A stretch of 64,000 nt of DNA from a virus: positions 1-64,000 of IMG/VR virus record IMGVR_UViG_3300001201_000002. One strand, written 5' to 3'. Both the position numbers and the translations under genes were made by a program. Shown piece by piece: positions 15,134-24,111 of this stretch; position 1 is the stretch's first letter, and each line of letters opens with the position of its first letter. The notes beneath the pieces were generated by a model. It did no database searches. It was given only the letters and a program-made list of their open reading frames with translations, and was not told the DNA's origin.

Positions 15134-18110
15134 TCTCAACGCAAATTCCAATCCAATCATTTCATTGGCTGTATCACAGCCTGATACGGATGTAGCCTTC
15201 ACCCTCGGTGTAGGCATCAATTCATCGGCTCTCCACTACACTGACCTCGGCACAGGCGGAGCATCATCCCCTCTTCGCAAGGCGACCAACGGTGTCAACC
15301 TGAAAAACCTGGCTGTCCTTGAGACAGAAGCACACGCTCTTGGCGACCTGGCTATGGGTTTTGCAGAGAACATCACCGGTGGATCCGGCCTCGACGTCTA
15401 CTGGGTTTCCCACACTGTTCAGAACGGTGAGCTGCGTGATACGCGCCAGGCTAACGCTCAGGACAATTCAGACTTCGTCTACGGCTCATTCCGCTGGGCG
15501 GTTCAGATGTGCCGTGAGAACAATGGCGGCATCATCCTGTTCGAACCAAAAGGCTTCCACCAACTGTCGATCACGTGGCAAGAAGAGATCCCAAGCAACA
15601 CAACCATCTGGGCACCCAACAAGAACGTGGTCTTCGTGAAGCCTACCCAGGCTACAGCGATCAAACCAGCTGGTTCAAATATCATCATCCGCGGCATCTA
15701 TTTCAAAGACGTCAAAGACCTGCGTTCACACTCCTCTCGTGATGGTATCTATGTTGACCCGAACATCACCAACCTGATGTGGATCGACAGCTGTACCTTC
15801 GAGCAAATTGCTGACGGGTGTATCGACATCAACTCCCTGTCTGAGTTCACTTCCCGCTCTGACATCACGATCTCGAACTGTATCTTCCGTGGTCACGACA
15901 AAACCATGCTGATTGGCTCACTGGCCTGTTACCAGGACACTGAGGACGGTACGGTCTTGCCAACATACTGTGCAACACCTCTTGACGCTCCAGCCCTGCT
16001 CCACGTGACGCTCTACAACAACTACTTTGACCACACCTCTCAGCGTAACGCGAAGGTCCTTGGTCAGACGTTTGTTGACTTCTGCAACAACTTTGTTGGA
16101 TTGGCTCCATTCAGCCGGCCGGATGCGTCTGTAGCCTCAGTCTACGGAACTCACGCTCACATGGGCGCACGTGTCATCTCACGATACAATCACTATGCGT
16201 CATACGCTGGTGACGGCTATCTGGCTGTCGACGGTATTGCTGACGGTGTCTTCTCACCACGGGTGGGCAGTGACCTGGCTGACGCTTCACCGGGTGCCAT
16301 CGTTGAAGAAGGTAACCGTTACGACTCTGGTATCACCTCCACACCAAACCCATTGGAGGCAATCGTCGCTCCAACTTATACGACTCCTTTGGAAATCGTA
16401 CCGGTCAACTCTTTGGAAGAGGTTCTCTCTTCACGTGTTGGTGGATGGAACCACTTCCTACCTTACAACTATGTCGTTCAATCCGAGGCAGACAGCACAG
16501 GCATTTACCCAGATGGTGTGACTCTCCGCGGTGACCTGTACGACCGGACCCAGTTCTTCTCAGTCTTCCAGCCCCTGGATGTGATCCAGCCTATCGGCTC
16601 ACGTCTATCTCTGGAATTGGGAACCAATGTGGTAGCGAACTCAGTTGGTCAGATCGGTGTTGGTAACGACATCGACATCAACATTGCAGCCTACCATGCA
16701 AGTGCTATGGGCCAAGAAATCTACGTTGGAGAACTTGGAGACATGAGCTTCAATGCCGGTCGCGGTATATGGAACAACGTGTCCCAGTCTGTATCTGTTG
16801 GCTCATTCCCTACCATCAACGACGAGAAAGAAGTCCATTATTGGTACGAGGACATGTGGGAAGAGGGTGACCCAGTCCTCACCTATGATAAAGACGCGCC
16901 AGACATCCTCAACAAAGGATATGTCTTCCAGGTTGGTTCAGGTGGATCTACCGGGTCTCGCCGGAATGCTATCGGTGTCAAGAAAGACAGCGGTACAACA
17001 GAGATGCAGTCGATTGCTTACCCACGTGATGGGTCAAAAGACATCGTAGACGGTATTGTACGGCTAGAGGCTGTGTACCACACTCTTCGTACTGAGGGTT
17101 GGGATGATCCAGTCACTCCAGTCTATGAGGATGACATCGAAACCATTCTATACGGCCGTTACCGTGACGTTTATGTAGATGAAGTGTATGTTGAAACTGT
17201 CTATGATGACTTCATGACAGACGGTCTGTTTGTAATGATCACTCCTGCGTCATCAGCAGGTGTTATCACTATCAAGCATGACACTGAAGATGGTAACATC
17301 CGGCTGGCTGGTGAGCAAGACATCATCCTTGACGGATCTAAAGCACACATGTTGCAGTTGTTCTACCAAGCATCTCGTGGATGCTGGACTAATTTCATTG
17401 GAACTGGTACTTCAACGGCTCAATCTGGAACAACACCTCTTGGTGATGTGGACATCACAAGCGTATCGTCCTCTGCTGAATTGCAGAGCATTATTGATGA
17501 TCCAAACTATCACAACAATGACTACAACGACACATTGGTCAAGTGGGCTGCTCAAGAGCCTATGAATAACCTGGTTGCTGACTTTGGTCTCACAAGTCAC
17601 TACGATCTTAATGGTTACAACGCAATTAATGACCTTCAGGACAACCATAATTGGTCTATCACCGATGGAGGAGTAGACAATAACGCCTTAAGTGATACTT
17701 TGACTGTTAACCCAAACTTCGACACTGATATCAATAACTGGAATCCATACAATGGCGGGAATTCAAGTGCTGTATGGGATAACGGTAAGATTGAGGTAAC
17801 TTCAGGCAGCAACGGTCTTGGTTATGAGCAAGGTATCAGCTTGATTGCAGGTAGGGTCTATGTGCTTAGTGCTGAGGTACAAGCAACTGCCACTGGTCCA
17901 TCAATTCTTGGCCTTGTAAACTCGTCTCGGTCTGCGTTTATTAAAACCAGTGAGAACATTAATGTTAGTGATGGCGTGACTAACGTATCGTTTATCTATG
18001 AAAACCCAACCTCCACGAATTACTACCTGTACTTACGGGTCGGTTCTGGATCCGGTCGGGTTGGTGTCTACGACAATATTTATGTGAAGGAGCTTCAGTC
18101 CTTATCTTAA
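15126..18110 (+). CDS. tailspike-like polysaccharide lyase (pectate lyase PL1-type beta-helix plus C-terminal carbohydrate-binding domain)
   Basis: Blocks NIIIRGIYF, DGIYV, MWIDSCTF, DGCIDI, ITISNCIFRGHDKTMLIGS and VTLYNNYFDHTSQRNAKV..FCNNF follow the PL1 pectate lyase order. The C-terminus NPNFDTDINNWNPYNGG...YDNIYVKEL is CBM4/9-like. TTG start after GAGGTGA. Confidence 0.75.
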   Translation: MLNLNANSNPIISLAVSQPDTDVAFTLGVGINSSALHYTDLGTGGASSPLRKATNGVNLKNLAVLETEAHALGDLAMGFAENITGGSGLDVYWVSHTVQNGELRDTRQANAQDNSDFVYGSFRWAVQMCRENNGGIILFEPKGFHQLSITWQEEIPSNTTIWAPNKNVVFVKPTQATAIKPAGSNIIIRGIYFKDVKDLRSHSSRDGIYVDPNITNLMWIDSCTFEQIADGCIDINSLSEFTSRSDITISNCIFRGHDKTMLIGSLACYQDTEDGTVLPTYCATPLDAPALLHVTLYNNYFDHTSQRNAKVLGQTFVDFCNNFVGLAPFSRPDASVASVYGTHAHMGARVISRYNHYASYAGDGYLAVDGIADGVFSPRVGSDLADASPGAIVEEGNRYDSGITSTPNPLEAIVAPTYTTPLEIVPVNSLEEVLSSRVGGWNHFLPYNYVVQSEADSTGIYPDGVTLRGDLYDRTQFFSVFQPLDVIQPIGSRLSLELGTNVVANSVGQIGVGNDIDINIAAYHASAMGQEIYVGELGDMSFNAGRGIWNNVSQSVSVGSFPTINDEKEVHYWYEDMWEEGDPVLTYDKDAPDILNKGYVFQVGSGGSTGSRRNAIGVKKDSGTTEMQSIAYPRDGSKDIVDGIVRLEAVYHTLRTEGWDDPVTPVYEDDIETILYGRYRDVYVDEVYVETVYDDFMTDGLFVMITPASSAGVITIKHDTEDGNIRLAGEQDIILDGSKAHMLQLFYQASRGCWTNFIGTGTSTAQSGTTPLGDVDITSVSSSAELQSIIDDPNYHNNDYNDTLVKWAAQEPMNNLVADFGLTSHYDLNGYNAINDLQDNHNWSITDGGVDNNALSDTLTVNPNFDTDINNWNPYNGGNSSAVWDNGKIEVTSGSNGLGYEQGISLIAGRVYVLSAEVQATATGPSILGLVNSSRSAFIKTSENINVSDGVTNVSFIYENPTSTNYYLYLRVGSGSGRVGVYDNIYVKELQSLS

Positions 18111-18143
18111 TTCCTAAACCATCCTAACAAAGAAAGCCCACTC

Positions 18144-19301
18144 ATGGCAAATCAAATGACCGACACCCAGCGGGAGGCTCTTGAGGCCTACCGCGAACAT
18201 GGTAACAATTATCAAGCAGCTGCAGATGCTCTGAACAAATCCCGCCGAACGATCAGAGAACTGGTTGCAAAAGCCCTGAAGTGGGAAGAAATCTCTGAAT
18301 CACCTGGGCTCGCAAAAGCTCTCCACACCACTGGCCTTGACGGCGCCGTAGTCGAAGGTGGCTGGCGGATTACACAGGAGACTTTACCCGATGGCACTGT
18401 TGTCCGGAACTCTGTCCGATACCGCCTTAAAGGAGTTCAAGACTCAACTCCAATTGATGTTGCACAAGCCATCACTGAAAGCCTCAAAACTGTCATTCCC
18501 ATGGCCCTCATCCAAGGACCGAATGACAAACTCCCCGCAGAAATCTGCAATTTCATTCCGTTGGCCGACCTCCACGTCGGTGGAGAGTACGGAGACCCAG
18601 AATATAAACCCACAGTCATCGCAGCAATCGAACGACTCATCCTCGGACTACCTAAGGCCTCCAAAGCTGTCCTCCTTGACATGGGCGATCTACTCGACGC
18701 AAATGATCACAAAGGTCTGACACCAGCTTCGATGAACGAATGTGACGTCATTCGGGAAAACCATTTGAAGAACACACTAGACGCTTTGGACATCATGCGC
18801 TACGCAGCCACACGGCTTGCTGAGACACACGACGAAGTCGAAGTCCACCTGCTCCGCGGCAACCACGATGAGACGGCCTACATTGGCGTCATGGTTGGCC
18901 TCCACGAGTATTTCCGTGACAACCCACGTGTGAATATCGTCATGACCGACGATGACTTCCGTGTGATCCCATGGGGCAAGTGCGCAGTGTTCCCACACCA
19001 CGGTGACAAAGCCAAGTGGGAAGATCTTAAGTCTGTCTTCTCAGATCAGTTCTGTGACGCATGGGCTGCAGCGAAATACTGGCGCTTCATCTGGACAGCT
19101 CACGTCCACCATGACAAGCAGCGCGAGATGATCGGTGCCGTGGGTGAACACTTCCGGACCCTGGCTGCACCAAACCGCTGGGCCCAACTGAAAGGCCTGT
19201 TCTCACGTGGTGGGATCCAGGCGATTACTCTCCACAAGGAATTCGGTGAGACTGACCGCAAAAAGGTCAATCTGCAACCGCTATTGCTTCAGGACAAGTA
19301 A
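18144..19301 (+). CDS. metallophosphoesterase with N-terminal helix-turn-helix
   Basis: Calcineurin-like motifs ADLHVG, MGDLLDAND, RGNHDE, HHGD and AHVHH. The N-terminal 50 aa is HTH-like (NYQAAADALNKSRRTIRELV). Confidence 0.8.
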   Translation: MANQMTDTQREALEAYREHGNNYQAAADALNKSRRTIRELVAKALKWEEISESPGLAKALHTTGLDGAVVEGGWRITQETLPDGTVVRNSVRYRLKGVQDSTPIDVAQAITESLKTVIPMALIQGPNDKLPAEICNFIPLADLHVGGEYGDPEYKPTVIAAIERLILGLPKASKAVLLDMGDLLDANDHKGLTPASMNECDVIRENHLKNTLDALDIMRYAATRLAETHDEVEVHLLRGNHDETAYIGVMVGLHEYFRDNPRVNIVMTDDDFRVIPWGKCAVFPHHGDKAKWEDLKSVFSDQFCDAWAAAKYWRFIWTAHVHHDKQREMIGAVGEHFRTLAAPNRWAQLKGLFSRGGIQAITLHKEFGETDRKKVNLQPLLLQDK

Positions 19302-19354
19302 TCATGGCATAGAGGTGTCGGGCGCAACTCCTGCGTCCGGCAACCTTAAGGAAA

Positions 19355-19564
19355 ATGCCCATGAAACGTAAACCCTTCCTACCGGACACTCCCGTCCGGT
19401 TGATTGCAACCCCAGCTACTGTTTACACAGTCGTTGACCACCTGATTATCGACGGTGGTGACGAGTTCACAGTGAAGACTCCAGCTGGCGTTGAATCAGT
19501 CGTAGCAGGTTCACTTCTCGAAGTTGATCCAGGCGCGACACCTTCTGACGACTTCCCCTACTAA
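19355..19564 (+). CDS. hypothetical protein (69 aa)
   Basis: RBS AAGGAAA. Confidence 0.55.
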   Translation: MPMKRKPFLPDTPVRLIATPATVYTVVDHLIIDGGDEFTVKTPAGVESVVAGSLLEVDPGATPSDDFPY

Positions 19565-19692
19565 TGCTTGAGTATGGACTCGCCTTCGGGGCGGGCCTCA
19601 TTGTAGGCTGGAACGTACTTCCACAACCAGCTTGGGTCCGAGCGATTTACGTCGCTGCCGAGCTTTGGTGGAACACCTCGAAAGAGGACTAA
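19564..19692 (+). CDS. small membrane peptide (42 aa)
   Basis: Start overlaps the previous stop. Sequence GLAFGAGLIVGW. Confidence 0.35.
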   Translation: MLEYGLAFGAGLIVGWNVLPQPAWVRAIYVAAELWWNTSKED

Positions 19693-19700
19693 CACACAGA

Positions 19701-19738
19701 GGGCGCGGTTCACCCCGCGCCTTTCTCTTTGGTTTTTT
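19701..19738 (+). terminator. rho-independent terminator
   Basis: GGCGCGG-TTCACC-CCGCGCC followed by TTTCTCTTTGGTTTTTT. Confidence 0.8.
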
Positions 19739-19776
19739 AATGCAATCACGCATCCACAACAACCGAGGAGAAACCG

Positions 19777-20001
19777 ATGGGCCTATTTACAGGACAAAAG
19801 ACAGTCGCGGGCGTGATGAGCGCTTTCACAACAGCAATCGCTGATTTGACGACAGTCGAAGAAAACAACACTTCAATCGCACAGAATCTTGATGCTGAGC
19901 GTGAACGTTTGGCAGCCGAATCTGCAGCTGCAACAAACGAAGCACGCAACGCTGCAGCCATCCGTGCGAAGTTGGAAGCAATCGTCAACCCTGACGCCTA
20001 A
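19777..20001 (+). CDS. hypothetical coiled-coil protein (74 aa)
   Basis: RBS GAGGAG. Lies between two terminators. Confidence 0.6.
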   Translation: MGLFTGQKTVAGVMSAFTTAIADLTTVEENNTSIAQNLDAERERLAAESAAATNEARNAAAIRAKLEAIVNPDA

Positions 20002-20012
20002 ATCCATCACCC

Positions 20013-20048
20013 AGAGCTCGTAGGCTAACCCCTGCGAGCTCTTTTTAT
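20013..20048 (+). terminator. rho-independent terminator
   Basis: 12-bp stem AGAGCTCGTAGG/CCTGCGAGCTCT followed by TTTTATT. Confidence 0.75.
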
Positions 20049-20062
20049 TCAAGGAGCTCAAC

Positions 20063-20659
20063 ATGTTCAAAGTCGGAGACGAAGTCCGTCTTAACAAAGG
20101 CTGGACACGTATGGTCGTGATTCAAGTCAAAAACAATGGGGACGTCAAAGCCAAGTACGACTCTGAATCCTACAGCCGGGAACGTCGTGTCTCGGATGAG
20201 GATTTTAAAAACCCCGCTCACGCAACCAACACTTACACCCGCAACCAATCAGGTTTCACAGCCTGGGATGGAGCCAAAGCAACGGAAGTATTCTACAAAA
20301 TGGGTAACCAAACAGCACAATACCGTCTCATCGAAGGTCCTGACGCAGGAACCATCGGCACATACCATGGTATCACTGCCGGCGGCCGGACAATCTTGGA
20401 GTTTCCAAATGGCCATGTGGCCCAATTCCCTGAAAGTGCGATTGAAGAGGTCGTAGACTTCACATTTGAAGTCCGTGGTTTCACAAACCCACGGTATACA
20501 TGCTCTTACCGCCTGCCGGCAGAGGCAACGAAAGTTAAGGTTGGTAACATCCTGATGTCATCTTCTGGCAATCTCTACATCGTCAAGAAGATCCACACAC
20601 GTGATCGGAATCCGAAGAAGACATTCTCCGGCTGCCGCGTCGTCACAGAATCACTATGA
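20063..20659 (+). CDS. hypothetical protein (198 aa) with SH3/DUF2158-like ends
   Basis: RBS AAGGAG. MFKVGDEVRLNKGWTRMVV resembles small YodC/DUF2158 proteins. Similar VKVGNILMSSSGNLYIV near the C-terminus. Confidence 0.65.
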   Translation: MFKVGDEVRLNKGWTRMVVIQVKNNGDVKAKYDSESYSRERRVSDEDFKNPAHATNTYTRNQSGFTAWDGAKATEVFYKMGNQTAQYRLIEGPDAGTIGTYHGITAGGRTILEFPNGHVAQFPESAIEEVVDFTFEVRGFTNPRYTCSYRLPAEATKVKVGNILMSSSGNLYIVKKIHTRDRNPKKTFSGCRVVTESL

Positions 20660-20919
20660 ACATCGTTGAAGTAGAGCTTTCAGGGGCTTCAGCCAAGATC
20701 GGTACACTCACCGAATTTGGCACTATGCAGTTCCTGGAAGCCGCAATGACTACCGAACTGGAAGATGGTCGGGAAGTCGAAATCCTCCGCGGAGCATTCA
20801 ATCCTTGTCACTTCGAAGTCAAAATCGAAGGCGACGATCGGTACATGCGGGTAAACATCGAAGACGTCATGCAGGATGCTGTACGTCAATTGGTCGAGGA
20901 GATCAAAAATGACAAATAA
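20656..20919 (+). CDS. hypothetical protein (87 aa)
   Basis: ATGA overlap. Confidence 0.55.
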   Translation: MNIVEVELSGASAKIGTLTEFGTMQFLEAAMTTELEDGREVEILRGAFNPCHFEVKIEGDDRYMRVNIEDVMQDAVRQLVEEIKNDK

Positions 20920-21835
20920 GTTCAAACCAATGAAACCAGACAATAAGGATTGGGTGCCGGCTAATGTCGAGGCCAACCTTCCATTGCTTGGTTTCACCAA
21001 AGTGGACGGGATCCGCACGGCCATAAATGATGGAGTGGCTCTGTCCAACTCACTGAAGCCTCTGCCTAACAAGCAGCTCCAGGCTTTCGTCCAAGAATAT
21101 GCCCACAAGCTGCAAGGCTGGGACATGGAAGTGGGCGTCGGTCCGATGACTGATGAGTTCTTCTTCAAGAAATCCCATGGTTTCTGTATGAAAGCAGACC
21201 GGGAAGCGGACTTCCACCTCTATGTGTTCGACAAATGGGACATCCCAACCACTCCCTACGTCGAACGTATTGGCCTGCTGGAACAGCTGCAGATGGAATT
21301 CCAGATCCCACGGGTCACCATCCTACCGTTCCGCGTCCTACCTACTATGGATGAGGTCGATTCCTTTGTTGAAGACTTGTTGGAAGAAGGTCACGAAGGT
21401 GCAATCTACCGTCGCCCTGATCGTCCATACAAATATGGCCGGGCAACTCCGAAGTGCGGTGGTATGTATAAGCGCAAGTCTCGCGTTGACACTGAAGTCA
21501 CTATCGTTGGTTTCAATGAACTGATGATCAACAACAACCCAAAGGCTACCAATGAACTTGGCCGGACCCAGCGGTCCACTCACCAAGAGAACCTGGTGCC
21601 AGGCGGGACATTGGGGTCTATCGACGTCGAAGGCTTCTTCGAAGATGGTCGTCCGTTCGCATGCCGTATCGGCGTATTCTCAGGCTTCACCAAAGAAGAT
21701 CTGCAGAACATCTGGGACAAGCGAGATCGCTTTGCAGGTGAGCTGATGAAGATCAAATACATGGGAGTTGGTTCAGACCAGGCCCCACGTACCCCGGTTG
21801 CCCTTGGCTTCCGGAACAAAATCGACATGTCCTGA
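20909..21835 (+). CDS. ATP-dependent DNA ligase
   Basis: Motif I TKVDGIR (KxDGxR), motif IV EGAIYR and motif V LMKIKY. RBS GAGGAG. Confidence 0.8.
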   Translation: MTNKFKPMKPDNKDWVPANVEANLPLLGFTKVDGIRTAINDGVALSNSLKPLPNKQLQAFVQEYAHKLQGWDMEVGVGPMTDEFFFKKSHGFCMKADREADFHLYVFDKWDIPTTPYVERIGLLEQLQMEFQIPRVTILPFRVLPTMDEVDSFVEDLLEEGHEGAIYRRPDRPYKYGRATPKCGGMYKRKSRVDTEVTIVGFNELMINNNPKATNELGRTQRSTHQENLVPGGTLGSIDVEGFFEDGRPFACRIGVFSGFTKEDLQNIWDKRDRFAGELMKIKYMGVGSDQAPRTPVALGFRNKIDMS

Positions 21836-21845
21836 AAGGAAACTG

Positions 21846-22040
21846 ATGACGTCAAAATTCGTAATGCTGAACACCTCAAGTCTGGAGGTCTTGTCCTATG
21901 TGACCGCCCTGGCTGACGAGGCGAAGATGCGCAAAACAAAAGACTTCCAAGCCAATATGAGGATTTTCCTCTGGGAGCGCTACAAACAGATCCTTCGGGC
22001 AACCCCGCCTGGAGTCTTTGAAATGTTCTATCGAGGATAA
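21846..22040 (+). CDS. hypothetical protein (64 aa)
   Basis: ATG after AAAGGAAA. Confidence 0.5.
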   Translation: MTSKFVMLNTSSLEVLSYVTALADEAKMRKTKDFQANMRIFLWERYKQILRATPPGVFEMFYRG

Positions 22041-22045
22041 AACCA

Positions 22046-22735
22046 ATGCGTTATGTGAGATTTAGAGTAGTCGAGGACCAAGAATTCGGAGGTCTCGGCC
22101 TCAAGTTTGCACAGACGCACAAGCTCTGCAATGGCATGTTCACCATTCAGAATGGATTGATCCTCGCCCACGATCTGGTTGAACACCAGCAGGGCCACCA
22201 GAAAATCGGATCCATTGGAGACGAAATGGTGGCCCTCGGTGGATCCTGTTATACCCGCGGTCAGTGGGAGGATGTTAGCCGACGATCCATCTATTCAGCA
22301 GCCGACAGCCTGGCTTCAGATTTAACTGGGCAGATGGCAACACTTTACCTGGAGCAAAACGTTCCGTTCCGGCAGAAGCTGGTCACCTCTCGGGATGAGG
22401 ATCCATCTGGATTCGTCGACTGCGTGATCGAAACAGCCCGTGACTCCTGGAGCAAAAACTATGAATCATACGATCTCGATCATCGTCCAACTCAGGAACG
22501 TGTGGACACTTATCTTGAGGCATGTCGCACATACATGCTTCATGGCGCTAAGCTCGCCCATCGTCGCTATGGTTGTGGCATGTTGGCTAACAACCTCTTC
22601 CGTGAAATCGAAAGAGTAGTCGGAGAAGACCGCATCTCTTTCATGGATTACGAAGGCCAAGAGTTCCTTTTAGGCTATGATTTCAAGCTCAACGTGACCT
22701 TCAGGGAAGACTATCCAGAAGATTATTATTGGTGA
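22046..22735 (+). CDS. hypothetical protein (229 aa)
   Basis: Long open frame with no motif recognised. Confidence 0.65.
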   Translation: MRYVRFRVVEDQEFGGLGLKFAQTHKLCNGMFTIQNGLILAHDLVEHQQGHQKIGSIGDEMVALGGSCYTRGQWEDVSRRSIYSAADSLASDLTGQMATLYLEQNVPFRQKLVTSRDEDPSGFVDCVIETARDSWSKNYESYDLDHRPTQERVDTYLEACRTYMLHGAKLAHRRYGCGMLANNLFREIERVVGEDRISFMDYEGQEFLLGYDFKLNVTFREDYPEDYYW

Positions 22736-22800
22736 TGGCAAAATAGAAACCAATGGTGTAGGTTGCCGGCGTATACAACTAACTCCTATAGGAAAACATC

Positions 22801-24048
22801 ATGGCTAAAACGCGCTTCGTCTATCGCGAACAGGTCCTTCACCAGGGCGTCGTTCGTGAAGTAACATCCATCAAATTCCACAATGCAGATCCATGGGTCT
22901 CTTACGAGCTGACCGGTGTCGCTGATTTTGTGGGTCAAGAAGAACTCACAAAGATCCAACCACAGGAAGTCGACGGTGCTGCTTATGTCAAGGAAGCACT
23001 CATGTTTGCTGACTTGCTTGTCATCACAGGTGACTCAACCTCTGACAACAGCTACAGCGAATCAATCGAATACTTCACCCGCATGTACGGTAAAGTTGGG
23101 ATCGACATCTTTGACAACGCTGCATCTGGTCTGGAAGCTGCTGACTGGGTCGATAACACAGGCAACGCTACTGTGAACGAAGCCATTGCGGCTATTCCCG
23201 GCACCGGTGAAGGTACTGTCTGGCAGTTCTGCTTGGGCATCAACGACGTTGGTTCCGGTGGTGGTATGTTGACTCCTCAGCAACTGGTTGACATCTTCAC
23301 ACCTGGTATCGACGCTGTACTTGCAGCTAAGCCTGATGTGGTCCTGTACTTTGTGCAGCCAACTGCTCTTGCAGACTCAACACGGAATGATGCTCTGAAT
23401 GGGGCTTATGAAATCCTTGAAGATCTCTATGGTGCTTACGTGGTTCCGCTGTATCAGCCAATGCGTGACATCTATGACGCTGCGACTGACAACATCTTCT
23501 ACCAGGACAGCACACACCCGAACAACATCGGGACGATCCGTCAGATCAACATCATCCTGAACCACACTATCCCAGGTGCTTTCGTTTCAGATATGACTCT
23601 TGATCAAGAGCATTACACCGACATCACAGAAATCCTTGTCGATGAAATGGGTCCTTCGGACATCATCGCCGGACGTTACTGGAACTCTTCAGGCAGCCGC
23701 AGCAATAACGCATCCTGGGCCAGCTTTGATGCTCTGCCGGTGAAACTTGGACAGCGTGTTCGGGTCAACCACGGTGGTAACCGTTCGGATCTTCGACTGG
23801 TTTCATCTCCTTTTGATAACGATGGTGGCACGTTTGTCCGTACAATCACAGGCACTGGTGATCCTATTGTCTTTGACATCGCAGATGCAGGGGATGCTGT
23901 TGGTATCAACGTCGATTCGTCTGGGGCATATACAGCCCCTGGCGATGCTTATGCTCGTGTTTACGATCTCGTAAAAGAGAAAGCAGATTCCGATTTGACT
24001 CAAGACGAAATCAATATCGGTTTGACCATGCGTCTTATCGAGGCGTAA
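22801..24048 (+). CDS. SGNH/GDSL-family esterase with extra N- and C-terminal domains
   Basis: Block I VITGDSTSD, block III CLGINDV and block V QDSTHPN. Confidence 0.75.
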   Translation: MAKTRFVYREQVLHQGVVREVTSIKFHNADPWVSYELTGVADFVGQEELTKIQPQEVDGAAYVKEALMFADLLVITGDSTSDNSYSESIEYFTRMYGKVGIDIFDNAASGLEAADWVDNTGNATVNEAIAAIPGTGEGTVWQFCLGINDVGSGGGMLTPQQLVDIFTPGIDAVLAAKPDVVLYFVQPTALADSTRNDALNGAYEILEDLYGAYVVPLYQPMRDIYDAATDNIFYQDSTHPNNIGTIRQINIILNHTIPGAFVSDMTLDQEHYTDITEILVDEMGPSDIIAGRYWNSSGSRSNNASWASFDALPVKLGQRVRVNHGGNRSDLRLVSSPFDNDGGTFVRTITGTGDPIVFDIADAGDAVGINVDSSGAYTAPGDAYARVYDLVKEKADSDLTQDEINIGLTMRLIEA

Positions 24049-24066
24049 ACTAATCCCAACCAATCA

Positions 24067-24100
24067 AAAGGGTCTGCAGGAAACTGTGGGCCCTTTCTTT
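24067..24100 (+). terminator. hairpin terminator/attenuator immediately upstream of the luxI-like gene
   Basis: 8-bp stem AAAGGGTC/GGGCCCTTT (one G:U) followed by CTTTA. The GGAG RBS and ATG of the next gene follow within 12 nt. Confidence 0.5.
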
Positions 24101-24111
24101 ATGGAGCAATC

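Noticed and set aside
24074-24096. Search for a lux-box-type palindrome (CTG-N10-CAG) in front of the luxI-like gene.
   Set aside because: The CTG at 24074 is not matched by CAG at the required spacing. The dyad symmetry is explained by the terminator hairpin.
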